Part shown: in pieces, positions 41,902 to 54,167 of the stretch
Layout: every line of letters starts with the position of its first letter
Numbering within the stretch: the stretch's first letter is position 1
Assembly (NCBI GenBank): GCA_964546995.1
Contig: CAZJKO010000001.1
Location: forward strand, 8,504-72,503
Origin: an uncultured Muribaculaceae bacterium
GTDB taxonomy: Bacteria; Bacillota_I; Bacilli_A; RF39; UBA660
Length of the DNA stretch: 64,000 bases
Reading direction: 5' to 3'
Notes under the pieces: model-generated
Database searches by the model: none
What the model was told of the DNA's origin: nothing
The model's input: only the letters and a program-made list of their open reading frames with translations
Position numbers and translations under genes: made by a program

Positions 41902-42180
41902 ATGAAAATTACATCTGTTAATGTACGTAAGATCGAAAAAGAAGGATCTCGTATGAAAGGAATTGCTTCTGTTTTATTAGATGACAGTTTTGCCGTTCAC
42001 GATATTCGCATTATTGAAGGAGACAATGGTCTTTTTATCGCTATGCCTAGTAGAAAAACTGCTACTGGAGATTATCGCGATATTGCTCATCCCATTAATC
42101 CTGAAGTAAGAGGTATGTTTGAAGAAGCTATTATCGAAGCTTATAAAAATGCCGAAGATGTTTCAGCTTCAGAAGAGTAA
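41902..42180 (+). CDS. spoVG: Septation protein SpoVG
   Basis: [32 protein letters not shown]...RDIAHPIN aligns with B. subtilis SpoVG. Confidence 0.9.
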   Translation: MKITSVNVRKIEKEGSRMKGIASVLLDDSFAVHDIRIIEGDNGLFIAMPSRKTATGDYRDIAHPINPEVRGMFEEAIIEAYKNAEDVSASEE

Positions 42181-42257
42181 GAATTGTTAAGACCTTTTGG
42201 TCTTTTTTTGTTCTAATTTTTTTTGTTTGTCATAAACTCTAATAGGAGCTGAGAGCA

Positions 42258-42551
42258 ATGGAAACAAAAGATGCTGTTATGAACAATTACAATCATAGTA
42301 TTACTGTTACGGAACGAAAGAATTTGTTAATTACGGGTGTAAAACGTATTGAGAACTTTGATGATGAAGAGTTTTTTATGGAGACGGTGATGGGATATTT
42401 GATCGTTAAAGGCGAGGGATTAGAATTAATTAAGCTCGATACGTTGCAAGGAAATGTGTCGATTAAAGGACTCATCAAGAGTTTTGGATACGTCGATGAT
42501 GGTAATAAAAAAGATAAAGATACTGGTATTTTTAATAGGTTGTTTAAATGA
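42258..42551 (+). CDS. yabP: Sporulation protein YabP
   Basis: VMNNYNHSITVTERKNLLITGVKRIENFDDEEFFMETVMGYLIVKGEGLEL aligns with B. subtilis YabP. Confidence 0.85.
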   Translation: METKDAVMNNYNHSITVTERKNLLITGVKRIENFDDEEFFMETVMGYLIVKGEGLELIKLDTLQGNVSIKGLIKSFGYVDDGNKKDKDTGIFNRLFK

Positions 42552-42841
42552 CACTCGAAGTACAAATTCAGTCTCTTATTTACTCTTTTGTCTATGGACT
42601 CTTTTTTTCGTTCTTTTTTAATTTGCATTATCGTTATCTTTTTTTAGGGAAGCTTTGTTATCGTATCGTTGCGAGTATTTTCTTTGTTTTAGTCAATGAT
42701 TTTCTTTATTTTTTGCTTCTTCGAATGATCAATTGTGGCGTTATCCATCCTTACTTTTTCATGATGCTTTTAGCAGGTTTTTGTGTTGGTAATACGAAAA
42801 CGCGGGTGATTCGCTTTCTTTTCCGAAAACGTAAAGAGTGA
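42548..42841 (+). CDS. yabQ: Spore cortex biosynthesis membrane protein YabQ
   Basis: 97-aa multi-TM protein overlapping the yabP stop by 4 nt; conserved yabP-yabQ-divIC order. Confidence 0.7.
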   Translation: MTLEVQIQSLIYSFVYGLFFSFFFNLHYRYLFLGKLCYRIVASIFFVLVNDFLYFLLLRMINCGVIHPYFFMMLLAGFCVGNTKTRVIRFLFRKRKE

Positions 42842-42958
42842 TTTGTCTTCCTGTTGTATTTTGTCTATTTACTTATTTTTACGATGTTTTGTGTTCTTTT
42901 TTCTTGCCAAGGATTCTTTCTATCCTTTATAATATATATTAGGATAGTAGGTGATGAT

Positions 42959-43255
42959 TTGGCAAAGCGAAAGAAGAAGAATCAGAAATTAAAAAGGCGA
43001 ATGCTCTTTTTAGGATTTGGTTCCATTATTGTTATTACAATCACTGTTTTTTCTATTGGAAAGTATTGGGTTGAGATTTATCAAAAATATAAAGAAAAAC
43101 AAGAATTAGAGCAAAAACTTTATTCTTTAAAAGAAGAAGAAGATGCTCTTAAGGTGGATGTTGAACGGTTACAAGATCCTGAGTATGTTGCTCGTTATGC
43201 TAGAGAGAAATACTATTATTCGAAAGATGGAGAATTTATTTTGAGAATTCCTTAA
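42959..43255 (+). CDS. divIC: Septum formation initiator DivIC/FtsB-like
   Basis: Basic N-terminus KRKKKNQKLKRR, one TM, then a coiled coil, ending YVARYAREKYYYSKDGEFI; probable TTG start at 42959 after AGGTGA, with a TATAAT at 42929 making the longer track ORF unlikely. Confidence 0.65.
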   Translation: MAKRKKKNQKLKRRMLFLGFGSIIVITITVFSIGKYWVEIYQKYKEKQELEQKLYSLKEEEDALKVDVERLQDPEYVARYAREKYYYSKDGEFILRIP

Positions 43256-43332
43256 AAGGAATTCTTTTTTCTTCATTAAAGTGACAAATTCTTTTCTTTT
43301 TATTTGCTATGATCAGTTATCAGGTGATACTA

Positions 43333-43629
43333 ATGAAAGTGTTTGTGCTTATGGTTTGTTTGTTTTGTTCCTTTTATCTCTTTTTTTGTCAGGTTCTTTT
43401 TTCGATGGGGCTTCGGCATTTGAGACATGATCGCATATTTAGTATCGTGTTATTCTTGGTTCTTTTTTTGTGGAAGATATCGACTGTCCTCGACTTTTAT
43501 GTTTTCTATTTTGTTCAGTTGTGCGTGATTGTTTTGCTTGGTTATTTTGGTTTTCATGTTTTTTTGTTGGTAAAACATAAAATAGTTGTTGCGATTAAGC
43601 AATATATTCGATACAATGATAAATGGTGA
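43333..43629 (+). CDS. Small hypothetical membrane protein (T-rich ORF; may be spurious)
   Basis: RBS AGGTGA at 6-nt spacing to ATG 43333; F/L-rich 98 aa; upstream TGCTATGAT. Confidence 0.3.
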   Translation: MKVFVLMVCLFCSFYLFFCQVLFSMGLRHLRHDRIFSIVLFLVLFLWKISTVLDFYVFYFVQLCVIVLLGYFGFHVFLLVKHKIVVAIKQYIRYNDKW

Positions 43630-43634
43630 TGATA

Positions 43635-44942
43635 ATGGATTTATTGCGGGGTATTACATTGAAGAAAAACGATATTATTGTTCTCGGTTGTTCGAGTGGA
43701 CCCGATTCGATGGCGTTATTTGATTCCCTGTTAAGGGTGAGAGATTCTTTGTCATTATCGATTGTTTGTGCTCATGTCAATCACAACGTGAGAAAAGCGA
43801 GTGAAAAAGAACAAAAGTTTTTGGAGGATTATTGTAAAAAGCATCATGTTATCATGGAGTCTATGAAAATCGAAACGTACGGAGACGATAATTTTCACAA
43901 TGAGGCAAGAACGATTCGGTATCATTTTTTTGATGAAGTGGCGAAAAAGTATCATGCTACTTATCTTATGACTGCTCATCATGGAGATGATTTGGTGGAG
44001 ACTATTTTAATGCGTATTGTTAGAGGATCGACGTTAAAAGGATACAGTGGATTTCAAAAGTATATTCCGAATGATTCTTATACGATCGTTCGACCACTAA
44101 TTGAATTTACGAAAGAAGAATTGCTTTCCTACAATCGTCGTCATAAAGTTCCCTATTTTATCGATGCTTCGAATAAAAAAACAAAATACACGCGAAATCG
44201 TTACCGTAAATATGTCCTTCCTTTTTTAAAACGCGAAGATTCTCATGTTCATGAACATTTTTTGAAATATAGTGAACTATTGATGAGTTATTATCAATAT
44301 GTGGAGAAAGAAACGAAAAAAAGTTTGAAGAAAGTGTATCGTGATGGTTCTATTTTGTTATCTTCTTATCTTGAACTCGATCCTTTTTTACAAGATAAGG
44401 TGATCTATTCTATTTTAGAAGAAATTTATCAAGATGATTTGATGCTCGTATCTTCTAAGCATGTTCGTTTATTGGAAGATTTTTTTCATTCTAAAAAAAA
44501 CCGTGGTATGCTTTATTTGCCGAATGATTTTATGGTATTAAAGAATGGTGATGAGGTTTCGATTCGAAAAGAGATGTACGACATTAGTCAGTATGAGATT
44601 GAGTTAAACGATTATGTGTTGCTTCCTAATAAAAAACATTTAGAGATCGTGCAAGAAGAGGAGACAAATGGTAATGATGTTTGTCGAATTGATTGTAGTC
44701 AGGTTTTATTACCTCTTTCTGTTCGTACTAGGAGAATTGGGGATCGGATGGCGATTCGACCTGATGGTCATAAAAAAGTAAGCGATATTTTTATCGATCA
44801 AAAGATTCCTTATAGAGAAAGAGATCTTTGGCCTATCGTCGTCGATTCTAGGGGAGAAATCATTTGGATACCTGGTGTGAAAAAATCTAAAAAAGTAGCA
44901 AAAATGAATGAAAAGTATGATATAATAATTAAATATTATTAG
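43635..44942 (+). CDS. tilS: tRNA(Ile)-lysidine synthetase TilS
   Basis: PP-loop SSGPDSMAL; aligns with TilS from MDLLRG; C-terminal substrate-binding domain. Confidence 0.85.
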   Translation: MDLLRGITLKKNDIIVLGCSSGPDSMALFDSLLRVRDSLSLSIVCAHVNHNVRKASEKEQKFLEDYCKKHHVIMESMKIETYGDDNFHNEARTIRYHFFDEVAKKYHATYLMTAHHGDDLVETILMRIVRGSTLKGYSGFQKYIPNDSYTIVRPLIEFTKEELLSYNRRHKVPYFIDASNKKTKYTRNRYRKYVLPFLKREDSHVHEHFLKYSELLMSYYQYVEKETKKSLKKVYRDGSILLSSYLELDPFLQDKVIYSILEEIYQDDLMLVSSKHVRLLEDFFHSKKNRGMLYLPNDFMVLKNGDEVSIRKEMYDISQYEIELNDYVLLPNKKHLEIVQEEETNGNDVCRIDCSQVLLPLSVRTRRIGDRMAIRPDGHKKVSDIFIDQKIPYRERDLWPIVVDSRGEIIWIPGVKKSKKVAKMNEKYDIIIKYY

Positions 44943-44957
44943 TGAGGAGGAATCAGT

Positions 44958-46910
44958 GTGAATAAAAAGACTGTAAAGAGAGGATTACTACCTTATGTAT
45001 TTTTGGCAATTATCGTGATGGGGGTATTCTATTTCTTTAATATTATGAATCAGAAGGTAAATGTTTTTACTTATGATGAGTTTATGAAATATTTAAATAA
45101 AGGGGATGTAGAAGAGATTGTCGTCGTTCCGAGGGAGCGAGCACAGATCTACGAGATTCGTGGTAAGTTGAATGAATACGATAAGAATGAGACGTTCTTT
45201 GTTCGTGTTCCCCTTACGAATGAAGTGATGAAGAAGGTTGTGGAAGCGAGCGAATTAAACGAGTTTAAATTTAATACGGAAGCTGATCCAGAATCTAGCT
45301 CTCTTCTTCTTATTTTGATTAATGTAGTACCGATGGTGATTTTGATTGGTGGTGCGTTCTTCTTATTTACTCGCCAAATGGGTGGGGCAAATAAATCGAT
45401 GGATTTTGGTAAGAGTAAAGCGAAACTTAATACGGATAAAAACAAAGTTACTTTTCACGATGTAGCGGGGCTTAAGGAAGAAAAAGAAGAAGTAAAAGAA
45501 TTGATCGATTTTTTGAAGAATCCTAAAAAATTCCAAAAGTTGGGAGCACGTATTCCTAAGGGTGTATTGTTGTTTGGGCCTCCAGGGACTGGTAAAACGC
45601 TTCTTGCTCGTGCAGTAGCTGGAGAAGCGAATGTTCCTTTCTACTACATTAGTGGTTCTGATTTTGTTGAGTTATTTGTCGGTGTTGGTGCTAGTCGTGT
45701 GCGCGATATGTTTCAACAAGCGAAACGAAATGCTCCATGTCTTATCTTTATCGATGAAATCGATGCAGTAGGACGGCAACGTGGTACGGGTCTCGGTGGA
45801 GGACATGATGAAAGAGAACAAACTTTGAATCAATTACTTACCGAAATGGATGGGTTTGGTGCCAATGAAGGGATCATCATCATTGCGGCTACCAATCGTC
45901 CTGATGTTTTGGATCCTGCCCTTCTTCGGCCTGGTCGTTTCGATCGTCAAGTTACCGTTAATTTGCCTGATGTTAAGGGCCGTGAGGAAATTTTAAACGT
46001 TCATGCTCGCAATAAAATTTTGGCTCCAGGTGTGACACTTGAGAACTTAGCAAAGAGAACGCCAGGATTCAGTGGAGCTGATCTTGAAAACTTGTTGAAC
46101 GAAGCTGCACTTCTCGCTGTTAGACGCAATAAAGATGCGATTACGATGAGTGAAGTAGATGAAGCGACCGATCGTGTGTTGATGGGACCTGCTAAGACGA
46201 GTCGTAAATATAGTGAAAACGATCGCAAGTTGGTTGCTTATCATGAAGCAGGACACGTAGTGTTAGGTTTAAAATTAAATAGTGCTTCCGATGTTCAGAA
46301 AGTTACGATTATTCCACGAGGACCAGCTGGTGGATACACGATGATGCTTCCTAGCGAAGAGAAGATCAATTCGACAAAGACGGATCTTTTAGAGCAGATT
46401 ACGGGGTTACTTGGTGGTCGTGTTGCCGAAGAATTGACCTTTAAAGAAATTACGACTGGAGCACATAACGATTTTGAACGTGCGACTAAAATTGCTCGAG
46501 CTATGGTAACAGAATACGGTATGAGTGATTTGGGTCCTATGCAATTGGAACAACAATCTGGTGATGTGTTCTTAGGACGTGATTACAATAAGAGTCGTAA
46601 CTTTTCTAATGAAGTGGCTCATGAAATCGATTTAGAAATGAGAAAGATCATCGATGAATGTTATCGTAATGCGGAGAAGATTTTAAAAGCCAATAAAGAT
46701 TTATTAAAATTGATTGCTGAAGCATTGTTGGAATACGAAACGCTTACAAAAGAACAAATCGATTATTTGGTTGAGAACGGAACTATGTTAGAAAGTGATG
46801 GTTTGGAATCGATGTCTTTAACAAAGCTTCGGGAGATGGCTAAAGAAAAAGAGATTAAAGGTTATTCTAAGATGAATAAAGCTGAATTGATTAAAGAATT
46901 AATGAAATAA
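44958..46910 (+). CDS. ftsH: ATP-dependent zinc metalloprotease FtsH with a C-terminal Rho-N-like tail
   Basis: GTG start; Walker [17 protein letters not shown] zinc site; last ~35 aa [28 protein letters not shown] resemble the Rho N-terminal domain. Confidence 0.9.
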   Translation: MNKKTVKRGLLPYVFLAIIVMGVFYFFNIMNQKVNVFTYDEFMKYLNKGDVEEIVVVPRERAQIYEIRGKLNEYDKNETFFVRVPLTNEVMKKVVEASELNEFKFNTEADPESSSLLLILINVVPMVILIGGAFFLFTRQMGGANKSMDFGKSKAKLNTDKNKVTFHDVAGLKEEKEEVKELIDFLKNPKKFQKLGARIPKGVLLFGPPGTGKTLLARAVAGEANVPFYYISGSDFVELFVGVGASRVRDMFQQAKRNAPCLIFIDEIDAVGRQRGTGLGGGHDEREQTLNQLLTEMDGFGANEGIIIIAATNRPDVLDPALLRPGRFDRQVTVNLPDVKGREEILNVHARNKILAPGVTLENLAKRTPGFSGADLENLLNEAALLAVRRNKDAITMSEVDEATDRVLMGPAKTSRKYSENDRKLVAYHEAGHVVLGLKLNSASDVQKVTIIPRGPAGGYTMMLPSEEKINSTKTDLLEQITGLLGGRVAEELTFKEITTGAHNDFERATKIARAMVTEYGMSDLGPMQLEQQSGDVFLGRDYNKSRNFSNEVAHEIDLEMRKIIDECYRNAEKILKANKDLLKLIAEALLEYETLTKEQIDYLVENGTMLESDGLESMSLTKLREMAKEKEIKGYSKMNKAELIKELMK

Positions 46911-47057
46911 GATTTAAAAGCATATAGTACAGTATGCTTTTTCTTTTGTTTGATTTTTCGATTTGGGTGTGTTACAATATCTTTTTGTCAAATTTGGAAA
47001 AGGGATTTTCTTTTTTATATAAAGTGTGGTATGATAAAACAAAGTAGGAGGGGTCAC

Positions 47058-47315
47058 ATGACGAGTATTGAAAAGGGAGATATTTTGACACTTAGCGATG
47101 GTATTGAATATCTTACGATTGGTGTTGCTAAGGAAAATGGTGTTACTTATTTTTATTTGGCAGAGTTATCAGAACGAGATCATATGATATACTGTAAGCA
47201 AGATGATCAAGGTGCATTATCTGTTGTGGAAGATGAGGAAGAGATTAAACGTATTTTACCGTTGATCTATTGGTCTGTTTTCGGTCATGTTAAAGAAGAA
47301 GATGAGGTTATTTAG
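47058..47315 (+). CDS. Small acidic hypothetical protein (DUF1292/UPF0473-like)
   Basis: AGGAGG RBS precedes the ATG at 47058; 85 aa with IEYLTI...YFYL...EDEEE pattern. Confidence 0.5.
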   Translation: MTSIEKGDILTLSDGIEYLTIGVAKENGVTYFYLAELSERDHMIYCKQDDQGALSVVEDEEEIKRILPLIYWSVFGHVKEEDEVI

Positions 47316-47381
47316 TGAACTTTTTCTTTTTTTATGTTATAATCAGGTCATTCTATTTGTGATAGTGGGTGGTGACTTTTT

Positions 47382-48364
47382 ATGGAATGGAAAATTGGCG
47401 ATGTCGTGATTTCCAATCAGGTTGTGTTGGCTCCGATGGCAGGTATTGGAAATTCTTCTTACCGACGCATTGTGAAAGAGATGGGGTGTGGACTTGTCTT
47501 TGCGGAAATGGTTAGTGATAAAGCCCTTTTTTATCAAAATCAGAAAACGATCGATATGCTCTACATGACGGAAGAGGAACGCCCTATTGCTCAGCAAATT
47601 TTTGGTAGTGATGTCGATTCGTTTGTCCAAGCTAGCAAACTGATCGAAGAAGTGATGCATCCCGATATTATCGATATCAATATGGGGTGTCCGGTTCCGA
47701 AGGTTGCATTAAGAGCACAGGCGGGAGCGGCGTTATTGAAAGATCCTTCGAAGATTTATGAAATTGTCCATGCTGTCTGTCAAGCTGTTTCGGTTCCTGT
47801 TACGGTTAAAATAAGGAGCGGTTGGGATCAATCACACATCAATGCTTTAGAAGTTGCTCAGGCGTGTGAAAAAGCGGGTGCTAAGGCCATTAGTATCCAT
47901 GCTCGAACGAGGAGTCAGGGGTATACTGGTCGTGCTGATTGGAACATTATTAAGCAAGTGAAACAAGCTGTTTCGATTCCTGTCATTGGAAATGGGGATG
48001 TTAAGACCCCGATGGATGCAAAACGAATGTTGGATGAAACGGGGTGTGATGCTGTGATGATTGGCAGAGCTTGTCTTGGAAATCCATGGCTTATTCGCGA
48101 TACGGTCTCTTATCTTTCTACTGGTGTGATACCCGATGCTCCTAGTTCTACTTCTAAAATTGCTATGTGTTTAAAGCATCTTTCGTATCTTTCGTCTATC
48201 AAAGATGAGCGTGTGGCAATTTTAGAGATTCGCAATCACATTGCTTGGTATTTAAAAGGATTAAAAGGGGCAAATGAAATTAAGAATACTATCTATCAAT
48301 GTCAAACAATTCGTGATATAATTTTGATATTAGAGCAGTATCAGAAAGAAATGGAGGAAAACTG

Positions 48365-48365
<1 letters not shown>
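47382..48365 (+). CDS. dusB: tRNA-dihydrouridine synthase DusB
   Basis: TIM-barrel Dus motifs (LAPMAGIGNSSYR; conserved Cys in INMGCP). Confidence 0.85.
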
Positions 48366-50448
<2,083 letters not shown>

Positions 50449-50498
50449 TTGGCAAACGTTTTTGCTTATGCTATACTGATAATCGTGGAGGTGTTTTT

Positions 50499-50843
50499 AT
50501 GGCAAAGTTTTGCGATAATTGTGGTACCGAGTTGCAAGAAGGGCAAGATATCTGTTTGAAATGTGGAAAGATCATCAATAAGAAAGCTACTTCTAGTGAG
50601 ATGAATTCGTTGGCGCTAGCTGGTTTTATTGTTGCACTCGTTTCTTTGTTCCTTAATTTTTGGGGAATCGTCGGTATTGTTGCAACGGTATTATCCGGTG
50701 TTTCTTTACCACAGATTAAAAGTAGGGCTCAACAAGGGAAAGGGCTTGCTATTGCAGGACTCATCATTGGTATTTTCAGTATTCTTTATGGTTTATATAC
50801 GATTTTAATGCTCAGCGATGCAATTTCCTTTATTGTGATGTAG
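50499..50843 (+). CDS. Zinc-ribbon plus DUF4190-like small membrane protein
   Basis: CDNCG...CLKCG N-terminus followed by two TM helices. Confidence 0.6.
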   Translation: MAKFCDNCGTELQEGQDICLKCGKIINKKATSSEMNSLALAGFIVALVSLFLNFWGIVGIVATVLSGVSLPQIKSRAQQGKGLAIAGLIIGIFSILYGLYTILMLSDAISFIVM

Positions 50844-50941
50844 CATTGTTATCCTCCTTTTGGGAGGATTTTTTGTTTTGAATTCTCATAAACTATTTGT
50901 ATTCTTTGGAATTTATTGTATAATGATATTGGGAGGTTAAT

Positions 50942-52333
50942 ATGAAAAAATATAATTGGTTAAAAGTTGTACTTATTTCATTATTGGTCTTTGTGTTGCT
51001 TACTTGGATTTTACCAACGGCGATGTATCAAGGATCTTATATTGAAAATGCAAGAGAACAAATTGGTATTTTTGATCTTGGAACGTATCCTGTTGTGGTA
51101 TTTATGTACTTTGGATATATTGGACTATTTGTTTTGATGGTTGGTGGACTTTATGGCATTTTGAATAAAACGTCAGTGTACCGTAAACTGTTAGATTCCA
51201 TTGTCGACAAGATCAAAGGAAGGGAAGCTATTTTCTTATCGATTGTGATGGTGCTTTTATCGGTCATTACATCTGTTTCAGGACTTTCTTTAGGTTTGTT
51301 TGTCATATTTCCATTTTTAATTTCACTTATCTTATTGATGGGATATAACAAACTGGTTGCAGCAAGTGTTACTGTGGGGTCCGTTATTGTCGGTCTACTT
51401 GGAACGACTTATGCTGGAAATAGTATTGGTATTGTAAATCAAGCATTATCCCTTGAATATAAGACAGAAATTCTTACCAAAGTGATCATTTTGGTAATCG
51501 GTCTTGTCCTTCTTATTTTTAATACTTTAACGTATGCGAAGAAGGTTAAGGGTGCAGAAAAGATCGATACGGATTATTTGCCAGAGAAGAAGGAAACAAA
51601 GAAGAAGATATGGCCACTTGTGTTGGTATTCGATATCATGTTTATTGTTATGCTTTTATCTTCTATTACATGGAACGATTCGTTTGGACTTGATATTTTT
51701 GATACTGCACATAAAGCAGTAATGGAATTTGAAGTATTTGGATTTCCTATCTTTGGTAAATTGTTTGGTAACAACTTGGGTGCTTTTGGTACATGGACAT
51801 TTCGTGAGTTTTCACTTTTAGTATTCTTAGCATCTGTCATCATTGCTCTTATTTACCGCATTCGCTTTAATGAGTTCATTGAAAGTTTTGCTAAGGGAAT
51901 GAAGAAAGCACTTTATCCTGCTTTGTTGATTTTACTTATTTACTTATGTTTGGTTGTAACGACTTATCATCCATTCCAACTTGTTATTACCAAAGCCATT
52001 TTAGGTCTTACTAATGGATTCAATGTCGTTACGACAAGTTTTATGGCAATGATTTCCTCTTTATTTAATGTTGAGATGCTTTATACTGGACAAAGTACTT
52101 TACCATATTTTATTAGTGTCGTTACAGATACTTCGGTATATCCACTTGTCGGTATTATCTATCAAACGATCTATGCTGTTGTGATGTTAATTGCTCCAAC
52201 TAGTGCTGTTTTAGTAGGAACTCTTGCTTATTTAAAAGTACCTTATCAAGATTGGTTAAAGTATATTTGGAAATTATTACTTGAACTTATTGTCATACTT
52301 TTCATTATCTTTACGATTATCTTGTTAGTATAG
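50942..52333 (+). CDS. YfcC/DcuC-superfamily membrane transporter
   Basis: 463 aa, ~12 TM; blockwise similarity to E. coli YfcC. Confidence 0.65.
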   Translation: MKKYNWLKVVLISLLVFVLLTWILPTAMYQGSYIENAREQIGIFDLGTYPVVVFMYFGYIGLFVLMVGGLYGILNKTSVYRKLLDSIVDKIKGREAIFLSIVMVLLSVITSVSGLSLGLFVIFPFLISLILLMGYNKLVAASVTVGSVIVGLLGTTYAGNSIGIVNQALSLEYKTEILTKVIILVIGLVLLIFNTLTYAKKVKGAEKIDTDYLPEKKETKKKIWPLVLVFDIMFIVMLLSSITWNDSFGLDIFDTAHKAVMEFEVFGFPIFGKLFGNNLGAFGTWTFREFSLLVFLASVIIALIYRIRFNEFIESFAKGMKKALYPALLILLIYLCLVVTTYHPFQLVITKAILGLTNGFNVVTTSFMAMISSLFNVEMLYTGQSTLPYFISVVTDTSVYPLVGIIYQTIYAVVMLIAPTSAVLVGTLAYLKVPYQDWLKYIWKLLLELIVILFIIFTIILLV

Positions 52334-52355
52334 AACTCAAATGAGTTCTTTTTTG
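52333..52355 (+). terminator. Rho-independent terminator after the transporter gene
   Basis: GAACUCA-AA-UGAGUUC followed by U6. Confidence 0.7.
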
Positions 52356-52398
52356 TTACTGTGGCTACATAGTTTTATAAAAGAATCATAAAAAATGA

Positions 52399-52428
52399 TT
52401 GACAAGAAAAGCTGATCCAGGGTATAGT
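52399..52428 (+). promoter_or_regulatory. Sigma-A promoter (TTGACA, 17-18 nt, TATAGT) of the lemA-like gene
   Basis: Consensus -35 and a near-consensus -10 about 25 nt upstream of the AGGGAG RBS. Confidence 0.55.
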
Positions 52429-52454
52429 GAGATCAAAGAGTAGGGAGTGATAAA

Positions 52455-53615
52455 GTGAAAGATCAAAAGAAAGGTAATATAGGGGCGATTGGAATTGGTG
52501 CTATTCTCTATTTAGCCATTATTATTGTCGCTATTATGTTTATTATTGTTCCAGGTGTAAAGGAATTAAAAAGTGGTCGTGATGTTAAGAGTTTGACTTA
52601 TGAAGAAAAGACAAAATTAATTGATGAGGTAAATCAAAATTATGGTGTGAAAGAACAAGAAGTGCGTGATAAGTATGTTCCAACTACTACCGAAATCAAT
52701 CAAAAATATCGTGATTTAGAATCACAAATAAAAAATGAATATGCAGTAAAGGAACAAGAGATTCAGCGTCAAATCAGTGCGAAAGAAGAGATGCGTAATA
52801 AAGAATTTTTTGCTAGTGGTTTTAGTAATCTCTACTATACTTTAGGTGATGAAATACAAGCATTACGAAATGAAAAAAACGATTTGGAAAGCCAAAAACA
52901 AAAAGAAATTTTTAATAACGAAATAAAGATGCAAAAAGAATTAGAGTCCGTTGAGGTAAATCAAGTTGCTGAATTAAAGCGATTAAATGAAACTAAGCAA
53001 GATGAAATTGCTAAAATAAATAATCAAAATGATCATAAAAAAGAGACTCAAATCAAAGGAATGATTAAAATAGGTATCGGGTGTATTGTGCTATTAATTC
53101 CTTTATTATACATCGTATCAATCTTTAATAAATTGACTCATTTACGTAATTCTGTGAAGGAAAAATGGAGTCAGGTCGATGTCTTTTTGAAACAGCGTAC
53201 CGATTTAATTCCCAATATTGTAGAGTCTGTTAAGGGTTTTTCAACGCATGAGAAGTCTACGTTAACCAGTGTTACCAAGGCAAGAAATCAAGCCTTAAAT
53301 GCTACGACAAAAGAAGAAGAGATCGATGCCAATAAGAACTTAAGTCATCTCGTTCATCGGTTGTTACTTTTACAAGAAGACTATCCTGAGTTAAAATCTG
53401 ATCGTAACTTTCTCGATTTACAGAATAATTTAAGAGAAATCGAAGAAGAAATTTCTTCTGCAAGACAAGACTATAATAAAGCAGTTTTGAACTATAAAAA
53501 TAAAATAGAAATGTTTCCCTCTAATATCATTGCAAGTATCTTTCGTTTTCAACCAGAGTTATTTTTCCATGTAGGGGAAGAAGAGAAGGAAACCCCAAAT
53601 GTTCATTTTGAATAA
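52455..53615 (+). CDS. lemA: LemA-family protein with an additional N-terminal TM plus ~170-aa coiled-coil extension
   Basis: C-terminal 190 aa is the LemA domain (TM, then KWSQVDVFLKQRTDLIPN...YNKAVLNYKNKIEMFPSNIIASIF); N-terminal half has a second TM and internally repeated YGVKEQEVRDKY / YAVKEQEIQRQ segments. Confidence 0.75.
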   Translation: MKDQKKGNIGAIGIGAILYLAIIIVAIMFIIVPGVKELKSGRDVKSLTYEEKTKLIDEVNQNYGVKEQEVRDKYVPTTTEINQKYRDLESQIKNEYAVKEQEIQRQISAKEEMRNKEFFASGFSNLYYTLGDEIQALRNEKNDLESQKQKEIFNNEIKMQKELESVEVNQVAELKRLNETKQDEIAKINNQNDHKKETQIKGMIKIGIGCIVLLIPLLYIVSIFNKLTHLRNSVKEKWSQVDVFLKQRTDLIPNIVESVKGFSTHEKSTLTSVTKARNQALNATTKEEEIDANKNLSHLVHRLLLLQEDYPELKSDRNFLDLQNNLREIEEEISSARQDYNKAVLNYKNKIEMFPSNIIASIFRFQPELFFHVGEEEKETPNVHFE

Positions 53616-53627
53616 GTGAATTTTAAG

Positions 53628-53656
53628 AAGAATATGAATATTCATGTTCTTTTTTT
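53628..53656 (+). terminator. Rho-independent terminator (10-bp stem, 4-nt loop, U7)
   Basis: AAGAAUAUGA-AUAU-UCAUGUUCUU (one G.U pair) followed by U-run. Confidence 0.65.
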
Positions 53657-53687
53657 GAACAATTTTTTATCATAAAAAAAGAACATG

Positions 53688-54044
53688 CTATCCATCATGC
53701 ACTTTGCTCTGTTTCTTTCGTTCTTTGAACTGTTTTACTTTTATCCAGTGTTCTTCTGTTGGTGGTTCTTTTGTTTGGTTTAATTCTAGCAGTATTTCAT
53801 TTAATTCACGAAATCCTTGGTAGTCACCATTATTTTCGAAAGAGTGAATGTATGCTTGACCTTCTGCACTTAAGATCGCTCCAATATTTAATAGATAGTC
53901 TTTGTCTAAATCTTCGTATTCGCCATAAATTTTCTTAAAGCAATGATGGTACGAGTAAGGATTTTTTCTCGTTATTTTGTAGCCTAACCAATCTACTTGT
54001 TGTGGTTTATAAATTTTGATCATTTTTTTTAAAATACATGTCAT
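53688..54044 (-). CDS. Hypothetical protein (118 aa from internal ATG; track ORF uses an upstream TTG)
   Basis: RBS GAGGGT at 7-nt spacing to the ATG (MTCILKK) as calculated from the track ORF; no recognisable family; opposite orientation to neighbours. Confidence 0.45.
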   Translation of the reverse strand: MTCILKKMIKIYKPQQVDWLGYKITRKNPYSYHHCFKKIYGEYEDLDKDYLLNIGAILSAEGQAYIHSFENNGDYQGFRELNEILLELNQTKEPPTEEHWIKVKQFKERKKQSKVHDG

Positions 54045-54167
54045 TTTTTTACCCTCTGAACTTATCTTTTCTATTATGATCATAGCACAACTATTTTTAT
54101 TTTTAAATATTTGTCGATCAATTTGATAAAAATTTACATAAAAAAGTTTCCACAAAACTTGTGGAAA

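Noticed and set aside
42854-42958. Long N-terminal extension of the divIC ORF
   Set aside because: A TATAAT promoter element lies inside it and the hydrophobic extension does not fit DivIC topology; TTG at 42959 with AGGTGA RBS gives the canonical basic N-terminus.
43256-43335. tRNA genes between divIC and tilS (present in Bacillus)
   Set aside because: No GTTCGAATC-type T-arm or cloverleaf-capable GC-rich segment is seen; the sequence is AT-rich.
53660-53712. Second hairpin GCATG...CATGC as a minus-strand terminator
   Set aside because: The stem is only 4-5 bp with no following U-run on the minus strand; the 53628-53656 hairpin may instead act bidirectionally.
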